Assembly: GCA_021772535.1 (NCBI GenBank)
Contig: JAJFLV010000175.1
Span: 1,021-65,020 of the forward strand
Reading direction: 5' to 3'
From: Opitutales bacterium
Lineage (GTDB): Bacteria; Verrucomicrobiota; Verrucomicrobiia; Opitutales; UBA2987
Length of the DNA stretch: 64,000 nt
How positions within the stretch are numbered: the stretch's first letter is position 1; each line of letters opens with the position of its first letter. A program made the translations under genes and the position numbers. Positions 1 through 9,587 of this stretch are shown piece after piece. The notes under the pieces are model-generated. The model was not told the DNA's origin and did no database searches. It was given only the letters and a program-made list of their open reading frames with translations.

Positions 1-2399
1 TTGCGCTGAAGCATCGAAGTCGAGGCCCGTTTGGTGGTGCGCAACACATTGATGGCGTCAGGGAGCAGCTTGTCCTGATCCTCATCGACTAATTCTGCTT
101 CCTCCTCGTCGCCGCCTCCGGCTTCCACTGTTTGGTGAAATTTTTCATCAATATCCGGCGGTCCGTTCTGTTTGAGAAATTCAACGATATTTTTGATTTC
201 GTCGTCGGCGATGAAAGCGCCCTGAGAACGCACAAGATCGGCCGAACCGGGGGGTAAAAAGAGCATGTCGCCGTTTCCAATCAGGTGATCGGCCCCCATG
301 GAGTCGAGAATGGTGCGGCTGTCCACCTTGGAAGCCACCTTGAAGGCGATCCGGCTGGGCAGGTTTGCTTTGATGACCCCTGTGATGACGTTTACCGAGG
401 GTCTTTGGGTGGCAATGATCAAATGAATGCCAGCGGCGCGGGCCAATTGGGCGAGCCGGGCAATACAGGTTTCGATATCGGCCGGAGCGACCATCATGAG
501 ATCCGCCAACTCATCCACGATACAGATAACGTAAGGAAGTTTGTCCGGAATTTTGATATCGCTGTCGCGGTGCACCACAATCTGGCTGACGGCGGCCCGC
601 TCCTCCGGCGTCATATCGGTTTTACTGGCTTCCGCCTGGGCTTTTTTATCCTTGGCCCGTTTGGCATTGAAAGAGGCGATATTGCGAACCCCTTCCTTAG
701 CAAAGATCTGGTAGCGGTTCTCCATTTCGCCGAGGAGGTATTTCAAAGCGCCGGGCACCTTTTTTGGGTCAGTTACCACCGGGATGAGCATGTGCGGCAG
801 ATCGTTGAAAAACTGCATTTCGACGATTTTCGGATCCACCATGACGAACCTCAGGTCCTCCGGGCTGGAATGAAAGAGGAGTGAGGTGATGATCGCGTTA
901 ATACAGACGGTTTTACCTGAACCTGTGGCCCCGGCAATGAGCATGTGAGGCATCTTGGATAGGTCGGCGACAAGTGGTTTGCCGCTTACTTCACGGCCCA
1001 GAGCAATTGGTATCTCCGCCTTGCTTTCGGCCCAGCTGGTCGATTCGAGAATTTCCCGTATGGTTACGGTGGCCGCTTTTTTGTTGGGCACTTCGATTCC
1101 GACGCACCCTTTGCCTGGCACCGGGGCGAGGATGCGCACCGAGGCGGCTTTCAGCCCCAGTGCGATATTTTTATCGAGATTGATTATTTTTTCCACCCGC
1201 ACCCCGGCGGCCGGATGCACATCGTAACGAGTGATAACCGGGCCGGTATGGATTTCCCCCAAAGTTACCTTGACACCGAATTCGGCCAGGATTCGCTCCA
1301 AATCCAACGCCGTGGCCTGGTGGTTTTCCGTTTCCGAACCTTGTAAAGGCAATGCCTCCTTCATCAAGCTGAGCGGAGGGAAGAGGTAATCGCCCTTTTT
1401 TATGGGCAAAGGCACACTGGCTTTCTTTGTTTCCTCGCCCGCAATGATTTTAAGTCCGCCCGGTTTTTCTTTTATTTTGGGTTGTGAGGGGGGCTTTTCG
1501 GCGGATTTCTTTCCACCGCCCAGCGAAGCCAGAAAATCGTCTCCGCCAATATCGGGTTCAAATTCTTCCTCTTCCTGCTTGGATTCCGAACCGAGGCCCA
1601 CCTTGAATTTTGTGGGCGAGGCGGTTGGTTTATTGGTTACTTTAACTCCCGGTTTGGGGGCCGAGACTGGTTTTCGGGCAACTTCTTCTTTAGCTCCCGG
1701 ATCTTTTTCTTTGGCCGTTTGCGCTTCCTCGGCCTCTTTCTTTGCTTTTTTCGCTTCTAACTTTTTCTCGTTTTTTTCTTTTTTCCTGGTTTTCCAGACT
1801 TCGAGGAATTTTCGGGGAGAGATTACTTTTTTACCGAGGTTATCGCTTAATATTACACCAGTGCTGGTTACAAAAAGGAGAATCAATATAAGATAGCTGC
1901 CGAAATTTCCCAAATTGTTTTCCAGCAAACCGGTGAAGAGCAGATCGCCGAAATATCCTCCGGAACCCGTAGTGTAATAGTTGGGGTCAAGGTTTTGCAG
2001 ATCCAGAGCATCGAAGAATCCGGCGCCTGAAATCAACCCAAGGACAATGGAGCCAGCCCTTATATTATCAATTTTATGACGTTGGGAAAAAAAATACATG
2101 TAGCTGCCCCAAATCATGTAAAGGGGCAGAAGCCACGCTGCCACTCCCAGGAGCTGAAAAGAATAGACAGCAAAGTATACACCGAATTTTCCAACCAGAT
2201 TTTCCTCCGTGTCAGTGGAATGGAATTGCTCAGGGGCATAATCCAGCAAGGAAACCATCGCCAGCACCGCAACGACCAATAATATGAATCCAGCTATCGG
2301 CCGCGGCCGCGCATCCTTCGGCTGAAAGGTTGGTTTTTTTAAGGCTCGCTTTTTCGGGGTTCGCTTTTTCGGCGTCCGCTTTTTTGTAGCTCGCTTCAT
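1..2399 (-). CDS. ftsK: DNA translocase FtsK/SpoIIIE. The C-terminus is cut by the window edge, so the ORF track does not list it.
   Basis: My own minus-strand translation gives an N-terminal basic KKRTPKKRTPKKRA stretch, TM helices and a Lys/Glu-rich linker. The motor domain follows: Walker A 'IAGATGSGKTVCINAII', Walker B 'YVICIVDELADLM', 'HLIIATQRPSVNVITG' and 'RIAFKVASKVDSRTILD'. ATG at 2399-2397. Confidence 0.9.
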   Translation of the reverse strand, partial: MKRATKKRTPKKRTPKKRALKKPTFQPKDARPRPIAGFILLVVAVLAMVSLLDYAPEQFHSTDTEENLVGKFGVYFAVYSFQLLGVAAWLLPLYMIWGSYMYFFSQRHKIDNIRAGSIVLGLISGAGFFDALDLQNLDPNYYTTGSGGYFGDLLFTGLLENNLGNFGSYLILILLFVTSTGVILSDNLGKKVISPRKFLEVWKTRKKEKNEKKLEAKKAKKEAEEAQTAKEKDPGAKEEVARKPVSAPKPGVKVTNKPTASPTKFKVGLGSESKQEEEEFEPDIGGDDFLASLGGGKKSAEKPPSQPKIKEKPGGLKIIAGEETKKASVPLPIKKGDYLFPPLSLMKEALPLQGSETENHQATALDLERILAEFGVKVTLGEIHTGPVITRYDVHPAAGVRVEKIINLDKNIALGLKAASVRILAPVPGKGCVGIEVPNKKAATVTIREILESTSWAESKAEIPIALGREVSGKPLVADLSKMPHMLIAGATGSGKTVCINAIITSLLFHSSPEDLRFVMVDPKIVEMQFFNDLPHMLIPVVTDPKKVPGALKYLLGEMENRYQIFAKEGVRNIASFNAKRAKDKKAQAEASKTDMTPEERAAVSQIVVHRDSDIKIPDKLPYVICIVDELADLMMVAPADIETCIARLAQLARAAGIHLIIATQRPSVNVITGVIKANLPSRIAFKVASKVDSRTILDSMGADHLIGNGDMLFLPPGSADLVRSQGAFIADDEIKNIVEFLKQNGPPDIDEKFHQTVEAGGGDEEEAELVDEDQDKLLPDAINVLRTTKRASTSMLQR

Positions 2400-2495
2400 C
2401 GGATTTAGGAAATTCTTAAAATTAAACCTTTGACTGCGTATGACAAGTCAGATTGCTGGTTGACCCTAAAATGTAGGGGAAATAAATTTGATCAA

Positions 2496-3461
2496 ATGAA
2501 AGACATTACTCTTTTCCAACCAATTTATCAAGAAAGGGTTTGGGGAGGAAGAGGTTTGCAGACACACTTGGGGCGGAGCCTTCCGCCGGGTAAATTGATT
2601 GGTGAGTCCTGGGATATTTCTGATCGCCCGGAAGCACGTTCCATCATAGCGGGCGGAGATTTGAAGGGACTTACTTTGCAGCAGGCCTTGGAAAAACACT
2701 CAGATACTTTGATGGGGCCCGATTACCCGCCGGGTCAACCTTTCCCCCTATTGGTGAAATGGCTGGATTGCCGTCAGCGTCTCAGCCTGCAAGTTCATCC
2801 TCCGGCCAAGGCAACCGTATCTCTGGGAGGTGAGAGTAAAACAGAATACTGGTACATTTCTGTAGCAGAACCGGAAGCCAAAATTTTGGTTGGGCTGAAA
2901 AAAGGTGTCACCCGTCCTCAATTCGAGGCCGCATTGCAAAAAAATACTGTCGAATCACTGGTCCACCAAATTCCAACCTCTCCCGGCGATTCCATGTTTT
3001 TACAGAGCGGCCGTCTTCACGCTATCGACGCCGGGAATCTGATTCTCGAAATTCAGGAAAATTCGGATACAACCTACCGCGTTTATGATTGGGACCGGCC
3101 GGGACTCGATGGGAAACCGAGACAGCTCCATATCGAGGAGTCGCTGCAATGCATCGATTGGAGTGATTTCGAGCCCGAGGCGATTCATACTGAACCGGGA
3201 AATAAAGAGCAAATCCTGGCCTCTTGCCCAAGTTTCCGTATTCGCAAGTTCAACCTCAAGCCGGGACAGGGAATTTTGAAACTGTGCCGCCGGGAACAGG
3301 CCCGCCTGATCCATGTCGTAACGGGTTGCTTGAGAGAGGCGGAAACTGGCGGTCTTTTGAAAAAGGGTGACAATGCCTTGCTGCCTTATGAAAAAACTAT
3401 TTTTCTGGAAGCGGTTGAGGACACCGTGGCCTTGCTCACCGATAATTTTTACCTAGCCTGA
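2496..3461 (+). CDS. manA: Type I mannose-6-phosphate isomerase (cupin)
   Basis: 'QERVWGG', 'LSLQVHP', 'KTEYWYI' and 'HAIDAGNLILEIQENSDTTYRVYDW' are typical of the short class I PMI. The ORF track starts at a TTG (2430). The ATG at 2496 (MKDITLF) fits the family N-terminus better. Confidence 0.75.
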   Translation: MKDITLFQPIYQERVWGGRGLQTHLGRSLPPGKLIGESWDISDRPEARSIIAGGDLKGLTLQQALEKHSDTLMGPDYPPGQPFPLLVKWLDCRQRLSLQVHPPAKATVSLGGESKTEYWYISVAEPEAKILVGLKKGVTRPQFEAALQKNTVESLVHQIPTSPGDSMFLQSGRLHAIDAGNLILEIQENSDTTYRVYDWDRPGLDGKPRQLHIEESLQCIDWSDFEPEAIHTEPGNKEQILASCPSFRIRKFNLKPGQGILKLCRREQARLIHVVTGCLREAETGGLLKKGDNALLPYEKTIFLEAVEDTVALLTDNFYLA

Positions 3462-3467
3462 TTCAAA

Positions 3468-4277
3468 ATGATTTTCACTATTGTTCGAAAAACAGTTGGC
3501 TGTCTTTTCAGCCTCATGTTTCTTGTGGTTTTGTTGGCAGGTGGCTTGGTGGTGGGCGCATATTTTATGCTGCCTAAATACCTGGAGTCCGAGCTGGAAA
3601 AACAAACCGGGTTTCTGGCCGATTTCGGAGAGATAAACACCGAATGGACCGAGTGTGCGGTGGAAATTGAAAATGCCAGTATTAAAAATCCTGTTTCTTA
3701 CCCGGATTCCGATTTTATCGACATCAATCGATTAAAAGTGGATTTGCGGCCAATGACATTGTGGGGCGACCGCACTATTATCCAGGAACTGATCATTGAT
3801 ATAAGACAACTTGGTTTTATCACCGACTCGGAAAAGGAAAATAACATTGCCGCGTTTATCAAAGCCCTTGATGAGGCGGAGTTGGCTGCCGAAAGAGATT
3901 CAGTGGAAGAGGAGAGCGAAGAACCCGTCCAATTCCTTATCGAGCATCTTGTGTTCAAGGTGGACACGATCAAGGTCGCCAATTACTCGGGGCAATCACC
4001 CCGTGTGCGAAATTTCGATGACGGTATTCAGTTGGAGATGCGCGATGTTACTGACGTCAATGAGCTGGTTCGCCCCCTTCTGGCGGAACTCTCCAAACAA
4101 GGCCTGGTCTTCATCGCCAAGGACGTGGTTCAATCCTTGAGTGGGGCAGAAGGATACAAAGGTTTACTTCAGGGAACGGTTGAAGCTATTGAAGGAAGCG
4201 TTAAAGGTATCCTTAACGGTGCCGATGAAACGGGCCAGGCTATGAAAAAAATCATTGAAAAACTATTAAAAAAATAA
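3468..4277 (+). CDS. Hypothetical N-terminally membrane-anchored protein, possibly AsmA N-terminal-like
   Basis: 269-aa ORF with one N-terminal TM helix (LFSLMFLVVLLAGGLVVGAYF). The beta-rich stretch that follows has an 'I.N....P.....F..I..L.V.L' pattern reminiscent of AsmA N-termini. The C-terminus is helical. No catalytic motif seen. Confidence 0.55.
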   Translation: MIFTIVRKTVGCLFSLMFLVVLLAGGLVVGAYFMLPKYLESELEKQTGFLADFGEINTEWTECAVEIENASIKNPVSYPDSDFIDINRLKVDLRPMTLWGDRTIIQELIIDIRQLGFITDSEKENNIAAFIKALDEAELAAERDSVEEESEEPVQFLIEHLVFKVDTIKVANYSGQSPRVRNFDDGIQLEMRDVTDVNELVRPLLAELSKQGLVFIAKDVVQSLSGAEGYKGLLQGTVEAIEGSVKGILNGADETGQAMKKIIEKLLKK

Positions 4278-4306
4278 AAGCTTGCCGGTTCGCATTTTTC
4301 CCGATC

Positions 4307-4888
4307 ATGAGTGGAAAGAAAACAGATCCGAAAATGGAAACAGAAAAACCTCTAACCGAAGAAACCGTCGAGGAATCAATTGAAACGACGGAAGATCTTC
4401 ATAGTGAACTCCTTAAGAAACTGGATGAAGCTCAGGAAGAAGCCCGCCGAAATAAGGACCAGTTTCTCCGCGCAGTCGCTGAGCAGGAAAATTTTCGCAA
4501 GCGGGTGGTCCGTGATAAGGAGCACCTGCGCAAATATGGCGCTGCTCTGCTGCTTGAAGATCTTCTTCCAGTCCTGGACAACCTGGCCATGGGGCTGGAC
4601 TCGGCCAGCAAGCACCCGGAATCCAAACCTGTTAACGATGGATTCGTTATGGTAATGAACCAACTGCAATCGACTTTGAAAGAACATGGAGTCTCGGAAA
4701 TCAATCCCGACGGAGAGATGTTCGATCCTAATTTCCATGATGCGGTGGCCAATCATCCCAGTGGGGAGGTGGAAGAAGGCAAAGTAATGGCGGTGACCCG
4801 AAAGGGTTACAAGCTGCACGACCGGCTCTTGCGGCCAGCCACGGTGGTTGTATCCAGTGGAGCTTCCGAAGAGAATGAGTCTTCTTGA
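4307..4888 (+). CDS. grpE: Nucleotide exchange factor GrpE
   Basis: 193 aa. Acidic N-terminus, coiled-coil 'RAVAEQENFRKR', and a C-terminal 'FDPNFHDAV...V..KGYKLHDRLLRPA.V.V'. Confidence 0.9.
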   Translation: MSGKKTDPKMETEKPLTEETVEESIETTEDLHSELLKKLDEAQEEARRNKDQFLRAVAEQENFRKRVVRDKEHLRKYGAALLLEDLLPVLDNLAMGLDSASKHPESKPVNDGFVMVMNQLQSTLKEHGVSEINPDGEMFDPNFHDAVANHPSGEVEEGKVMAVTRKGYKLHDRLLRPATVVVSSGASEENESS

Positions 4889-4905
4889 GGTGAAGTAGCG
4901 ATATT

Positions 4906-6042
4906 ATGGCCAATGAAGATTACTACGACCTGCTAGGCATTTCCCGGGACGCCTCCACGGAGGAAATAAAAAAAGCCTACCGGAAAAAAGCGGTGCAGCA
5001 CCACCCCGACAAGAATCCGGACAACAAACAGGCTGAGGAAATGTTCAAAAAGATCTCGGAGGCCTACGAAGTCCTTAAAGATCCGGATAAGCGGGCCACC
5101 TACGATCGCTACGGCCACGCCGCCTTCCAGCATGGCGGAATGGGCCGTCGGGGCGGCGGCGGATTTCACGACCCCTTCGATATCTTTCGGGAAGTTTTCG
5201 GTGGATCCGGCAGCGGGAGCATTTTCGAGGAGTTTTTCGGAGGTGGTGAAAGTTCTCGTGGAGGGTCCCGTCGCGGTTCCGACCTGCGGTATGATCTGGA
5301 AATAGCATTGGAGGAGGCCGCCAAAGGCGCTGAAAAGAAAATTTCCTTTCGCCGGGCAGTTTCCTGCGACGTTTGCAACGGCTCCGGCGCCAGCCCCGGT
5401 TCTCAGGCGGTGACCTGCGCGACTTGCGGTGGTCACGGTCAGGTGATGTCACAGCGAGGATTTTTCAGTGTGCGTCAAACCTGCCCCACTTGCTCCGGTC
5501 AGGGAGTTGTGGTGGACAAACCCTGTAAAAACTGCCGGGGAGAGGGTAGGTTGACCAAAAATAGCAACATCAAGCTCCGCATTCCGAAGGGAGTCGATAC
5601 AGGTTCCAAGTTGCGTTCGGCGGGAAATGGAGAAGCCGGTATCATGGGCGGACCGTCGGGAGACCTCTACGTTGTTATCCATGTCAAGGAGCACGAAATA
5701 TTTGAAAGACACGGCGATGACTTGTTGTGTGAGATTCCCATCAAGTTCACTTTGGCCGCCATCGGCGGGGCTATCGATGTGCCCTCGCTGGAGGGCAAGG
5801 TTTCCTTGAAAATTCCGCCCGGCACACAAAGCGGAACCACCTTTCGCCTGCGCGGACATGGAGTCCCGAACCTTCGCAGCAGCCGCAAGGGCGACCAATT
5901 AGTGCGTGTGCACATCGAAGTGCCAACCAAGCTCAACAACGAACAGCGAACCAAACTGGAGGAATTCGCGGTTGCCTGCGGCGATGCCGAACACCCTGTG
6001 GGGGATTCTTTTTTCGAAAAGGCCAAGCGATTCTTTGACTAA
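4906..6042 (+). CDS. dnaJ: Molecular chaperone DnaJ
   Basis: J-domain '[31 protein letters not shown]', a G/F-rich region, and four CxxCxGxG zinc motifs ([32 protein letters not shown]). Confidence 0.95.
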   Translation: MANEDYYDLLGISRDASTEEIKKAYRKKAVQHHPDKNPDNKQAEEMFKKISEAYEVLKDPDKRATYDRYGHAAFQHGGMGRRGGGGFHDPFDIFREVFGGSGSGSIFEEFFGGGESSRGGSRRGSDLRYDLEIALEEAAKGAEKKISFRRAVSCDVCNGSGASPGSQAVTCATCGGHGQVMSQRGFFSVRQTCPTCSGQGVVVDKPCKNCRGEGRLTKNSNIKLRIPKGVDTGSKLRSAGNGEAGIMGGPSGDLYVVIHVKEHEIFERHGDDLLCEIPIKFTLAAIGGAIDVPSLEGKVSLKIPPGTQSGTTFRLRGHGVPNLRSSRKGDQLVRVHIEVPTKLNNEQRTKLEEFAVACGDAEHPVGDSFFEKAKRFFD

Positions 6043-6072
6043 TGGACGGGCTGTTGCCCTAACCTTGTTCCG

Positions 6073-6576
6073 GTGACAAATTTACCCAATGATAAATGGT
6101 GGTCCCTTCAGGAGGCTGTCAACCGGCGCCTCCAACTAAAAAAAGAAGGCCGAACCCTGGTCCTTACCAATGGGGTGTTCGACCTGCTTCATACCGGACA
6201 TCTTTTTTATTTGAGCAAAGCTTCCGATCTCGGGAATGAACTCTGGATTCTTCTCAATGGCGACGAAAGCGTCAGACAACTCAAGGGGCCAAACCGGCCG
6301 GTGCAAAATGAAGAGGAAAGAGCCTATGCTTTGGCTGCGCTGGAATTCGTTAACGGAATCGTCACTTTTCAATCCAAACGACTGACGGCTGAAATTGAGG
6401 CCTTAGGCCCCGAGGTGTATGCCAAGGCAGGCGATTATTCCCTCGACACCCTCGATCAGGGCGAGCGAAAGGCATTGGAAAAAGTCGGGGCAAAAATATA
6501 TTTTCTCCCCTTTCTGAAGGGCTATAGCACAACCCGGCTGCTGGAAAAAATCCATCGAGCTTCCGGGAAAAGCTAA
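6073..6576 (+). CDS. D-glycero-beta-D-manno-heptose 1-phosphate adenylyltransferase (stand-alone RfaE/HldE domain II)
   Basis: 'TNGVFDLLHTGH' nucleotidyltransferase motif, 'NGDESVRQLKGPNRP', 'KAGDY' and 'GYSTTRLLEKI' align with my memory of HldE domain II. GTG start. Confidence 0.75.
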   Translation: MTNLPNDKWWSLQEAVNRRLQLKKEGRTLVLTNGVFDLLHTGHLFYLSKASDLGNELWILLNGDESVRQLKGPNRPVQNEEERAYALAALEFVNGIVTFQSKRLTAEIEALGPEVYAKAGDYSLDTLDQGERKALEKVGAKIYFLPFLKGYSTTRLLEKIHRASGKS

Positions 6577-6591
6577 TTTGGATCTTATCTT

Positions 6592-7122
6592 TTATCCTCT
6601 CTCAACCTCTTCGGGCCCTGGATCCTCTTCAATAAGCTCTTCTTGCTCCGGGCTTTTTTCTACCGGAGGCGTGTGTTCCGTATGGAGGTAGGCCGGTTTG
6701 CTCTGGCCGATAAAGCCGGTCAATCGGACTTCGATGGATCCCAACTTTTCGATTCCCAGATTGTTGCGCAGGGAATTCTTGACGCGGTTTTGCAAACCGA
6801 GTGACACTTCGCTTAAATTGCTGCCGGTCACCATTTTTATACGCAGCTCAACATTCAGGCGACCTCCCCTCGTTTTAATGCGAGTGACGCATTTGGCCAC
6901 TTCGCTCATGGAGTCGGTCGCGCCTTGTGCCAGTTCGTTAATGGCGCTGCGGGAAACCTTGACCTGGCCGTCCGGGTTGTCGAAAGCGACAACCGTGGAA
7001 GGCTGGTGGCGGGCCCGCAGCCACATGGCCAATAGAAGCAGCATGGCGCCCACGCCAATCCACGGGTAAGGGCCGGTCCAAAGGTGGTCGAGCGCGTTCT
7101 GGAAGGTTTCCATCGTAATCAT
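6592..7122 (-). CDS. AmaP-like membrane anchor protein (Asp23 partner)
   Basis: 176 aa. N-terminal TM (WIGVGAMLLLLAMWL) followed by an Asp23-like fold signature 'VKVSRSAINELAQGA...V.TRIKTRGGRLNVELRI'. Lies directly downstream of an Asp23-family gene. Confidence 0.6.
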   Translation of the reverse strand: MITMETFQNALDHLWTGPYPWIGVGAMLLLLAMWLRARHQPSTVVAFDNPDGQVKVSRSAINELAQGATDSMSEVAKCVTRIKTRGGRLNVELRIKMVTGSNLSEVSLGLQNRVKNSLRNNLGIEKLGSIEVRLTGFIGQSKPAYLHTEHTPPVEKSPEQEELIEEDPGPEEVERG

Positions 7123-7152
7123 TGCCTAATAATTCTCCTCCACCGGCTGGAT

Positions 7153-7617
7153 TCAATCGGTGTTGTGAGACGTTAGATCGATATCCTCTTCCGACAATTC
7201 CTCTTTTGAATTATCGGGAGTCCTAACGGCTTCAATCATGATATCGACCTTGGCTACCTGTTTGTTCGTCATTTTGGATACCTGATCGCGCACCGCTTGC
7301 TGCACCTCATACGCAGTTTTAGCCAATTCATACCCAAAGGCGAGGATAAGGCGAACCGTAATGAAGTAACTGTCGTTCTCCTCCTCAACATGGATGCCGG
7401 CGCCGGAGTCTTTCTTGATGAAACTGGAAACATCGTCAACGATGCCCCCTCTGCCCACGGCGATGACCCCATCGATCTCTTTGGCGGCCATGCGGACAAT
7501 GCTTTTAATGACGGCCAGGTTAATTTGAATCGATCCGAGGCTGCTGGATTCTTCACTGATGGTGGGAATTTCCTGCATTTCGGATTGTTCGGGAGATTCT
7601 GCTTTTTTTCTTGGCAT
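7153..7617 (-). CDS. Asp23/Gls24 family envelope stress protein
   Basis: 'GSIQINLAVIKSIVRMAAKEIDGV' and 'V.VDIMIEAV' are typical of Asp23/DUF322. Its start lies 2 nt downstream of the accC stop. Confidence 0.8.
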   Translation of the reverse strand: MPRKKAESPEQSEMQEIPTISEESSSLGSIQINLAVIKSIVRMAAKEIDGVIAVGRGGIVDDVSSFIKKDSGAGIHVEEENDSYFITVRLILAFGYELAKTAYEVQQAVRDQVSKMTNKQVAKVDIMIEAVRTPDNSKEELSEEDIDLTSHNTD

Positions 7618-7619
7618 GG

Positions 7620-9008
7620 TTATTCCTGTCCTTCCTGATTGGATTTAGTGAATAGATTTTTTGGTGAACGGTTGATAAATTCCTCTACATAGCTGGTAGT
7701 GGCAGCTCCCTGGCGAAAGACGGGGTCCCGTATGACCGCCATGGAAAAGGGTATGGTGGTGTGGATGCCCCGGATAATGTATTCGCTGAGAGCGCGGTAC
7801 ATGCGGTCCAGGGCTAATTCGCGGGTTCTCCCGAAGCTGATCACTTTACTAATCATGCTATCATAATGCGGTGGTATGACATAGCCGCCGTAAACATGTG
7901 AATCCACCCGCACTCCATGTCCTCCAGGGGGATAATAAAGCGAAATCTCCCCGGGATTGGGGGCGAAATTGCGAGCCGGATCCTCTGCGCAGACACGACA
8001 TTCGACTGCATGGCGGGTGAATTTAATCTCTTTTTGCTCCATGTCGAGCTTCTCTCCTGCGGCAATGCGTATCTGCTCCTTGATCAGGTCGATGCCGGTA
8101 ACTTCTTCCGTCACTCCATGTTCGACCTGAATTCGAGTGTTCATCTCAATAAAATAGAAATTCCCGTTTTTGTCGACCAGGAACTCAACGGTGCCGGCAT
8201 TTTCGTATTTGCAGGCCTGAGCCGCGCGGATGGCCGCACGGCCCATGCGTTTACGCAGATCGTTGCTCAGGAAGGGCGACGGCGCCTCCTCAATGAGCTT
8301 TTGGTGGCGTCGCTGGACCGAACAATCGCGTTCTCCCAAGTGGACTATTTTGCCGAACCTATCCGCCAATATTTGAAACTCAATGTGGCGAGGGTGTTCG
8401 ATAAATTTTTCGATATAAACCGCGCCGTTACCGAAAGCCTTTTCGGCTTCGTTGCTGGCGCTGACAAACTCACGGGCGAAGGTGATCGAATTGTGGGCCA
8501 GACGCATCCCTCGACCTCCCCCGCCGGCCACTGCTTTGATAATGACAGGAAAACCGATTTTCTTGGCTATTTTGAGGGCTTCCTTTTCGTTTTCCACCGG
8601 CCCGTCGCTCCCCGGGATGATTGGCACGCGGACTTTTTTGACCGTCTCCCGCCCGATAGCCTTGTCTCCCATCATGCGGATGGACTCAGACTGGGGTCCA
8701 ATGAATTTTATATTGCAGCTCTCGCACTGTTCGGCGAATTCCGGATTTTCGGCCAGGAATCCATAACCCGGATGGATGGCATCCACATCCGCGATTTCTG
8801 CCGCACTGATAATGCGATCGGTTTTTAAATAGCTTTCCGCACTGGGGGCCGGCCCGATGCAGATGGCTCCGTCAGCCAGTTGAACATGCAGGGATTGTTC
8901 GTCGATCTCGGAATAGACAGCCACTGTCTTTATGCCTAACTCTTTGCAGGCGCGGATAATACGGAGCGCGATTTCGCCCCGGTTGGCGATTAGGATTTTC
9001 TGAAACAT
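7620..9008 (-). CDS. accC: Acetyl-CoA carboxylase biotin carboxylase subunit
   Basis: '[26 protein letters not shown]', '[11 protein letters not shown]', '[12 protein letters not shown]' and '[11 protein letters not shown]'. Confidence 0.95.
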   Translation of the reverse strand: MFQKILIANRGEIALRIIRACKELGIKTVAVYSEIDEQSLHVQLADGAICIGPAPSAESYLKTDRIISAAEIADVDAIHPGYGFLAENPEFAEQCESCNIKFIGPQSESIRMMGDKAIGRETVKKVRVPIIPGSDGPVENEKEALKIAKKIGFPVIIKAVAGGGGRGMRLAHNSITFAREFVSASNEAEKAFGNGAVYIEKFIEHPRHIEFQILADRFGKIVHLGERDCSVQRRHQKLIEEAPSPFLSNDLRKRMGRAAIRAAQACKYENAGTVEFLVDKNGNFYFIEMNTRIQVEHGVTEEVTGIDLIKEQIRIAAGEKLDMEQKEIKFTRHAVECRVCAEDPARNFAPNPGEISLYYPPGGHGVRVDSHVYGGYVIPPHYDSMISKVISFGRTRELALDRMYRALSEYIIRGIHTTIPFSMAVIRDPVFRQGAATTSYVEEFINRSPKNLFTKSNQEGQE

Positions 9009-9017
9009 GGAGGATTT

Positions 9018-9503
9018 TCAGGTTTTTTTAACCTTGAAGAGTGGCTGTCCGAATTCGACTGATTTGCCGTTTTCGACAAGAATCTCCACGATGGTGGCCG
9101 ACATTTCGGCCTGGATTTCGTTCATGACCTTCATCGCCTCGATGATGCAGACGGCCGTTTCCGCTTCCACAACGGAGCCTTCTTCAACGAAAGCAGCGCT
9201 TTCCGGAGAAGGGGTCCGGTAAAAGGTTCCCACCATTGGGGATTTGATGAAGTCGATATTTTCGTCTTTCTTTTCCTCCTTTTGTTCCACCGGTTCCGGG
9301 CTCGGGACCGGTTGGGCAGCCGCCGCAGCTTCAAGGACACCGGGAGGGAATGGACTTGCCGTTCCCATGGCTACAACCTTGGGCGAATCATTCTTGGTTC
9401 CGCGGCAAATGCGCAATTTAAAGCCCTCTTCCTCAATCTCGAATTCGGCCAGATCCGAGCGCTTCATGAGATCGACGATTTGTTTGATTTCTTTTAGGTC
9501 CAA
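9018..9503 (-). CDS. accB: Biotin carboxyl carrier protein
   Basis: Pro/Ala linker and the biotinylation motif 'EAMKVMNEI'. TTG start preceded by AAGGAG with a 9-nt spacer. Confidence 0.9.
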   Translation of the reverse strand: MDLKEIKQIVDLMKRSDLAEFEIEEEGFKLRICRGTKNDSPKVVAMGTASPFPPGVLEAAAAAQPVPSPEPVEQKEEKKDENIDFIKSPMVGTFYRTPSPESAAFVEEGSVVEAETAVCIIEAMKVMNEIQAEMSATIVEILVENGKSVEFGQPLFKVKKT

Positions 9504-9587
9504 GCCTTGAATCTCCTTCTTTTTTGCGATTTTTGTATTTTTAAAGGCGCTTCAAGTTAAATCATGACCGGAAAATAATCAAAGTGT

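Noticed and set aside
285-1896. Plus-strand ORFs (199 aa, 164 aa and others) at the left edge where the track shows no long minus-strand ORF
   Set aside because: My own minus-strand translation gives an unmistakable FtsK motor domain and linker. The real ORF is missing from the track only because it runs off the window without a stop.
4278-4306. Search for a CIRCE heat-shock operator upstream of grpE
   Set aside because: No inverted repeat resembling TTAGCACTC-N9-GAGTGCTAA is present in the short upstream spacer.
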